Under the pieces are notes generated by a model, which searched no databases, had not been told where the DNA came from, and saw only the letters and a program-made list of their open reading frames with translations. Source: Thermodesulfobacteriota bacterium (lineage in GTDB: Bacteria > Desulfobacterota > Desulfobulbia > Desulfobulbales > SURF-16). Taken from it: a stretch of 64,000 bases of DNA. This document shows positions 58,569-64,000 of the stretch, piece after piece. The first letter of the stretch is position 1; each line of letters opens with the position of its first letter. A program made the translations under genes and the position numbers. The stretch covers positions 1 through 64,000 of the forward strand of contig JBDLIE010000008.1 of the NCBI GenBank assembly GCA_039715015.1, given 5' to 3'.

Positions 58569-59636
58569 TTAACGGCGCTTCTTGCCGGCCAGCAGGCGAT
58601 TATAAGCCTCGGTGAGGCGGACAAAGACGTCATGGTCGCCGCCGGTATCAGGATGGAGGAGCATGGCCTGTTGGCGGTAGAGGCGGGTGAGTTCGCGTTT
58701 ACTCATCTTCTTTAACTCTTCCAGGCCGGCATCGAAAATCTCCTGATATTCCTCATCGCTGATTTTCTCAGCAGATTCCGGAAAACTAAATGTGCGGTGA
58801 TCGGCCATGAAACGGCGGAGATAATCGTCAAGAAGTGGATTGCCGCCATACTGGTAATCTACCCAGAGGCAGAGGTAGCGTTTGAGATACTCCGGCAAAT
58901 TCGGGCCCAGCACCATGCCCTGCCAGAAAGATTTGTTGTCGGCCAAGGTGCAGAGTTCCTGGACAAAGAAATTGTCCACCTCCTCTTCTTCAAGCATCTG
59001 GGGGGCATGGAGAACGAAAGACTGGTCAAAAAAACGGGAGAGATGAAAGATGGCAAAGAGATAATTGCGCACCTCTTCCTCATAGAGGGCCTCCCGCTCC
59101 TGTTCAACAAAGTACTGTTCCCGCTGATCGCGGCTCATGCCCAGGAGCTTTCTGGCAACCTTGCCGGGCAATTGGTAGAGACGGCTCTGGTCAATGGAGC
59201 CGTAAAGCAGGTAGTGGAGGCGGCGGCGGTCAAAATCTTCAATGTCGTGGCGGATGGCCTCTTCCTGCTCCGCTGTAAGCGGCGAACTGCGTATATTTTT
59301 GCGGCTGGGGAAACGTTCAAGGTGGCGGCGAATGATGGGGCTGACAAAGGGGTAGAGAAGTTCTTCCAGGAGGTCCTCAGCATTGTCCAGCAGCGGATCA
59401 ATCTGGTCAATGAGGTCTTCAGCAATATAAAAACCCCGCTCGCCGATATAGACGATGTACTCCTCAGGGTCAATGCCAAGTTCAAAGAGCTGGCGGGAGA
59501 CCATGCATTTCTGGGCATCATCCCAACAGGAGAGACGCAGGAAATAGGGAGGAGGATGCTCCATGACCCCCCGGGCCAGGTAGAGCCTTGGTTGGTAGGG
59601 GGGGGCAGGTGATGGAGGGGAGATTTTTGCGGCCAT
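58569..59636 (-). CDS. Hypothetical protein with C-terminal J-domain-like segment
   Basis: C-terminal YRQQAMLLHPDTGG..F..L.EAY. Confidence 0.7.
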   Translation of the reverse strand: MAAKISPPSPAPPYQPRLYLARGVMEHPPPYFLRLSCWDDAQKCMVSRQLFELGIDPEEYIVYIGERGFYIAEDLIDQIDPLLDNAEDLLEELLYPFVSPIIRRHLERFPSRKNIRSSPLTAEQEEAIRHDIEDFDRRRLHYLLYGSIDQSRLYQLPGKVARKLLGMSRDQREQYFVEQEREALYEEEVRNYLFAIFHLSRFFDQSFVLHAPQMLEEEEVDNFFVQELCTLADNKSFWQGMVLGPNLPEYLKRYLCLWVDYQYGGNPLLDDYLRRFMADHRTFSFPESAEKISDEEYQEIFDAGLEELKKMSKRELTRLYRQQAMLLHPDTGGDHDVFVRLTEAYNRLLAGKKRR

Positions 59637-59749
59637 AAAAAAAGCTTAATATGGCCGAGGTTATGGATGCAAGGAGTTTGCCTGGATTGGTTCAGGTCGT
59701 TTCCTCCCCAGAGAGGTGAGAATGATGAGAAGGGAGATTGAAATGGTAT

Positions 59750-59833
59750 GTAGGAGCCCGCCCCCCCGGGCAATACTAAGATAATCTTTCCCTCTGGAGA
59801 TTAATCGTTTCGCTCACAGGGGTGAGTTCCTGC
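59750..59833. repeat. REP doublet, locus 5
   Basis: GTAGGAGCCCGCCCCCCCGGGCAAT and, on the minus strand, GCAGGAACTCACCCCTGTGAGCGAA. Confidence 0.78.
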
Positions 59834-59930
59834 AGCGGCGTGTTTAATATAGGCGCTGGACGAAAAGTTGTTTAGACGTCTGGGTTTCTGCCTTGGTGAC
59901 AATGACTTTGGCTGACGGCCTGTAAGCTTT

Positions 59931-60980
59931 TTAAAAAAGCGAGGGTTGTTTTCGAGGGGACGGAGGCTCTGGTGAGCTTTCGGTGGCTTCAGGTTCAGAA
60001 GGCTCCTCTTCATCGACCTGGGCGCTGCGGCCTTTGACAAAGAGAAAGCGTTCCAGGCTGCGCTGGTAGTCGCTCCACTGGTAGCCCTCTTCCTTGGCCT
60101 GTTCGCTCACCTTTTCAATGGTGTTGATTTTGGCGTCCATATCGTCAATGAAGTTGAGAGCAAAGCCCTCAAGGAGCATGGGCAGAGTGGGGGAGCCGAA
60201 ATCGTAGCGACCGTGGTGACTGAGAATGAGATGTTTGACCCGGACGGCGAGCTCTTCAGGAAAATCTTGGATGGTGCTGAGCCGCTCCTGAACCATCTCC
60301 ACCGCCATGACCATGTGGCCCATGAGGCGACCGGCGTTAGAATAGTCAAAGCGATGGGAATCAAAGGAAAATTCCTTGGTCTTGCCGATATCGTGGAGCA
60401 TGGCTCCAGCCATGAGCAGCGAACGGTCCAGGGACGGGTAGAGGTTGCTCACCGCATCGGCCAGGCGGGCCACCCCAAGGGTGTGCTCCAGCAAGCCGCC
60501 AAGGTAGGCGTGGTGCATCATCTTGGCGGCGGGCGCCTTTTTGAAGATGGCGAAGAACTCCTCATCGGCAAAGAAGGCCAGCAGCAGTTTTTTTATAAAA
60601 GGGTCGCTGACGCTGTTGGCGAGACCGGCAAACTCGGCAGCCATCTCGTTAATGTCATTTTTGGAGCTGGGCACAAAGGCCGAGAAATCCACCTCCTCAT
60701 CAGGGACACGATGAAGATCGGTGATAGAGAGTTGCAGGGCATTACGGTAGGAGGAACATCTTGCCTTAATGGCAATAACCGCGCCGGCCGGGCATTGAGG
60801 CTCCCGTTGTTCGGCCCGGTCCCAGACCTTGGCCCCTATCTCCCCTGACTTATCCATCAGCTTCAGGGAGAGATAGGGCTTGCCCGCCTTTGTCTCTGCC
60901 TTGCTGAGGTCCTGAACCATGAAGAGATCGTTTACGGCCTGGCCGTCTTTGATGGCGGAGATGAAGGTTTTTTTTGTCAT
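59931..60980 (-). CDS. yhaM: 3'-5' exoribonuclease YhaM family (OB fold plus HD domain)
   Basis: GKPYL..L.DKSG.I.AKVW; PAA..MHHAY.GGLLEH; LHDIGK; SHHG; DDMDAK. Confidence 0.9.
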   Translation of the reverse strand: MTKKTFISAIKDGQAVNDLFMVQDLSKAETKAGKPYLSLKLMDKSGEIGAKVWDRAEQREPQCPAGAVIAIKARCSSYRNALQLSITDLHRVPDEEVDFSAFVPSSKNDINEMAAEFAGLANSVSDPFIKKLLLAFFADEEFFAIFKKAPAAKMMHHAYLGGLLEHTLGVARLADAVSNLYPSLDRSLLMAGAMLHDIGKTKEFSFDSHRFDYSNAGRLMGHMVMAVEMVQERLSTIQDFPEELAVRVKHLILSHHGRYDFGSPTLPMLLEGFALNFIDDMDAKINTIEKVSEQAKEEGYQWSDYQRSLERFLFVKGRSAQVDEEEPSEPEATESSPEPPSPRKQPSLF

Positions 60981-61045
60981 GGCGCGAGTTGATCTCCAAG
61001 ATGGGAAAATCGCCCCCAGGGGCGATTTAATGGGTTCTGCTTCCC

Positions 61046-64000
61046 CTAGAAATCCAGGGTTGCCTGCCAGGAGGCCTTGAGTTCGGCCAGGTCGGCGCTG
61101 AGCACCGTGCGGCCACTGAGGCCCTTGGCCTGCAGAGTCAGTTCCTCTGTTACCACGCCTATCCGGCCCATTGAGGTGCCAGCCATGGCAATCTCAAAGG
61201 CATCGGCCTTGTCCGGGCTCACCGTAACCACAAAGCGGCTCTGGGACTCGGAGAAGAGCAGCACGTCATCGCGGTCAATACCCTCTGTGGGTGCCTGGCT
61301 CAGGTCAAGGTGCATGCCCAGGCCGCCACTAAAGGCGGTTTCGGCCAGGGCCACGCCAAGGCCGCCGTCTGAGCAGTCATGGCAGGAGGCCACCAGGCCG
61401 TCCTTGATCGCCGCCTCTAAGGCCCGGTAACGGGGCAGGGAGTCGGCCTCGCGCACCTTGGGAACATTGTTGCCGATCCCGCCGTTGAGCACGGCATACT
61501 CGGAGGCACCCAATTCGTCATAGGTGGTACCCAGGACATAGACCATATCGCCGGCCTTTTTGGCGTCCATGGTCACGGCCTTGCGGACGTCATCAATCTT
61601 GGCCATCACCGAAAAGAGCAGGGTGGGCGGGATGGAGATCTTGGTGCCGCCCACCATATAGTCGTTTTTCATGGAGTCCTTGCCGGAGATGGGCGGTACG
61701 CCGTAGGCCTTGGCGTAATGGGCCAGGGCGCGGTTGGCGCGGACCAGCTGGGCCAGCTTATAATGGCCGTCCGGTGTCTTGTCAGACTGGATGGGGTCGC
61801 ACCAGCAGAAATTGTCGAGACCGGCCATGACCTCCAGCGAACCGCCGACACAGATGGCGTTACGTACTGCCTCGTCCACGGCGCAGGCCGTCATGTGGTA
61901 GGTGTCGATGTCCGAGTAGCGTGGGCAGACACCGTGGGAAACCACCAGGCCGGCAAAGGAGTCAAACAGAGGCCGGACCACAGCCGCGTCGGAGGGGCCG
62001 TCGTTTTGCTCACCGGTAAGGGGCTTAACCACTGAAATACCCTGGACCTCATGGTCATACTGGCGAACAACATATTCTTTGGAGCAGATGTTGAGGCTGC
62101 CCAGTAACTTCATCAGCTCGTCGTTTAAGTCAGGGCTGGCGGGCAGGGCAGGCTCGGCAAAGGTCTTTTGCTGCCACTTGGCCACCATCTCCATGGGCGG
62201 CAGGGCCTTGTAGACAAAATCCATGTCCAGATAGGCCACGGTGTTGCCGTCGTAGAGGCAGTGGAATTTTCCTGAATCAGTAAAGGTGCCGAGGATGGTG
62301 GCCTCGACATCCATCTTGTTACAGAGATCCATGAAACCATCGATTCTCTCCGGCGGAATGGCCAGGGTCATCCGCTCCTGGGCCTCGGAGAGGAAAATCT
62401 CCCAAGGCTGGAGGCCGGCGTATTTCAGCGGGGCGCGGTCCAGGTGAAGCTCAAAGCCGTTGGTGAACTCGGCCATCTCGCCCACTGAGGAGGACAGACC
62501 ACCGGCACCGTTATCGGTGATACAGCGGTACAGCCCCATGTCGCGGGCCTTGATCAGGCAGTCGAACATCTTCTTCTGGGTGATGGGGTCACCGATCTGC
62601 ACGGCAGTGGCCGGCGAGTTTTCGTTAAGCTCCTCAGAGGAGAAGGTGGCGCCATGGATGCCGTCCTTGCCGATCCGGCCGCCGGTCATAACGATGAGGT
62701 CACCGGGCAGGGCGATCTTGTCCTCAGAAGGCTTGCCGCCCACCTCTTTGGGCATGATGCCCACGGTGCCGCAAAAAACCAGGGGCTTGCCGGCAAAGCG
62801 GTCGTCAAAATAGAGGGAGCCGTTCACCGTGGGGATACCGCTCTTATTGCCGCCATGCTCAACACCGGTGCGCACCCCTTCAAAGATACGCTTGGGGTGC
62901 AGCAGCCGGGCCGGGATCTCCTTGTCGTAAAAAGGAGTGGCAAAGCAGAACATATTGGTGTTGCAGAGCAGCTTGGCGCCCATGCCGGTGCCGAACGGGT
63001 CGCGGTTAACGCCGACAATACCGGTGAGGGCGCCGCCGTATGGGTCAAGGGCTGAGGGGCTGTTATGGGTCTCCACCTTGAAGACCACGTTCCAGTCGTT
63101 GTCAAAGCTGATCACCCCGGCGTTGTCTTTAAATACGGAGAGGCACCAGTCATCATCGCCCATGGACTTGCGGATCTCGGCGGTGGGGGTGCGGATGCAG
63201 GAATCAAAGAGGCTTTCGACCTGCTCCACCGTACCGCTATCAAGGTCGTGGTACTCGATATTGCCGGAGAAGATTTTATGCTTACAATGCTCGGACCAGG
63301 TCTGGGCCAGGGCCTCAAGCTCCACATCTTTGACCTTGCTGCCAAGACCATGGGCCTTGCGCTGTTCAATAATTTCCGGCTGGCTCAGATAGGAGCGGAT
63401 GAAAATCATCTCATCCAGGGTCAAGGCCAGGACACCCTCCTTGCTGATCCGCATAAGCTCGTCATCGGAGACATCCAGATCAATCTCGTTGGAGACGGCC
63501 TTGGCCTGGTCAACCACCTTGGCCGCGTAAGGCTCAAGGCCGCCCTGCTTAACGAAATCTGCGTGGTTGATGATGGTGAAACGTTGGATCAGCTCATTGG
63601 CCAGGGCCTTCTTGGCAATGGTCTCGGCATCAGCAGCGCTCAGCTTGCCGCGGATCAGAAACTGGGTGGAGGTGTAGACCGCCTCTGTGCCCTCAAGTTG
63701 GCGGCCCAGCATAAGCTCCAGGGCCGAGGCTGCAGTACGGCCTTCATTATCGGTGACGCCGGGCCGGAATCCCACCTCAATCAGCCAATCAAATGTATAA
63801 TCCCAGTCCAGGGCCAGGGGGCCCAAAGAGTAGTCTTGGGTGACCGGGTCGCAGTAAGGACCCTGGGCAGCGGTCAGGAGCTGCTCGTCGCTGAGATCGG
63901 CCTCCACGGTAAAGACCTTGATGGTACGGACCGAATCCACGGCCAGGCCAAGGTCGTTTTTGATACCGGTGGCAGTGGTTTCGCCGAAAGAATCACGAAA
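61046..64000 (-). CDS. purL: Phosphoribosylformylglycinamidine synthase (PurL); 5' end lies beyond the window
   Basis: QTWSEHCKHK, KVETHNSPS, GVNRD, DNGAGG, SEAQERM, QYDHEV, HDCSDGG. Confidence 0.95.
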   Translation of the reverse strand, partial: FRDSFGETTATGIKNDLGLAVDSVRTIKVFTVEADLSDEQLLTAAQGPYCDPVTQDYSLGPLALDWDYTFDWLIEVGFRPGVTDNEGRTAASALELMLGRQLEGTEAVYTSTQFLIRGKLSAADAETIAKKALANELIQRFTIINHADFVKQGGLEPYAAKVVDQAKAVSNEIDLDVSDDELMRISKEGVLALTLDEMIFIRSYLSQPEIIEQRKAHGLGSKVKDVELEALAQTWSEHCKHKIFSGNIEYHDLDSGTVEQVESLFDSCIRTPTAEIRKSMGDDDWCLSVFKDNAGVISFDNDWNVVFKVETHNSPSALDPYGGALTGIVGVNRDPFGTGMGAKLLCNTNMFCFATPFYDKEIPARLLHPKRIFEGVRTGVEHGGNKSGIPTVNGSLYFDDRFAGKPLVFCGTVGIMPKEVGGKPSEDKIALPGDLIVMTGGRIGKDGIHGATFSSEELNENSPATAVQIGDPITQKKMFDCLIKARDMGLYRCITDNGAGGLSSSVGEMAEFTNGFELHLDRAPLKYAGLQPWEIFLSEAQERMTLAIPPERIDGFMDLCNKMDVEATILGTFTDSGKFHCLYDGNTVAYLDMDFVYKALPPMEMVAKWQQKTFAEPALPASPDLNDELMKLLGSLNICSKEYVVRQYDHEVQGISVVKPLTGEQNDGPSDAAVVRPLFDSFAGLVVSHGVCPRYSDIDTYHMTACAVDEAVRNAICVGGSLEVMAGLDNFCWCDPIQSDKTPDGHYKLAQLVRANRALAHYAKAYGVPPISGKDSMKNDYMVGGTKISIPPTLLFSVMAKIDDVRKAVTMDAKKAGDMVYVLGTTYDELGASEYAVLNGGIGNNVPKVREADSLPRYRALEAAIKDGLVASCHDCSDGGLGVALAETAFSGGLGMHLDLSQAPTEGIDRDDVLLFSESQSRFVVTVSPDKADAFEIAMAGTSMGRIGVVTEELTLQAKGLSGRTVLSADLAELKASWQATLDF

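Overview
A 64-kb stretch of bacterial chromosome. Gene content and order suggest a deltaproteobacterium (Desulfobacterota, Desulfobulbaceae-like); this is an inference. Most of the window is housekeeping: tRNA-Leu(CAA), pgsA, transaldolase, folK, an argB-argD-argF-argG-argH-[lipoprotein]-lysA-dapF-dapA-dapB cluster, lptA-lptB-rpoN-ptsN-rapZ, amtB-glnK, holB-PSP1-metG, yggT-divIVA, yhaM and a partial purL. Accessory genes include c-di-GMP and two-component signalling, a Ser/Thr kinase-phosphoesterase pair, a P-box chemoreceptor and lipid-modifying enzymes. A redox block at 51-58.5 kb holds a rhodanese, a 10-heme OTR-like cytochrome, a multicopper oxidase fused to a beta-barrel, and a di-heme peroxidase. 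I found no CRISPR array, prophage, integrase or transposase. The most unusual signals are non-coding: a GTAG-type REP family in inverted doublets at five loci, and a 44-bp element nested inside two different palindromic repeats, in one case splitting a REP arm. There are also two pseudogenes and several small ORFs that fall below the ORF-track cut-off. All calls come from reading motifs by eye; no searches were run.
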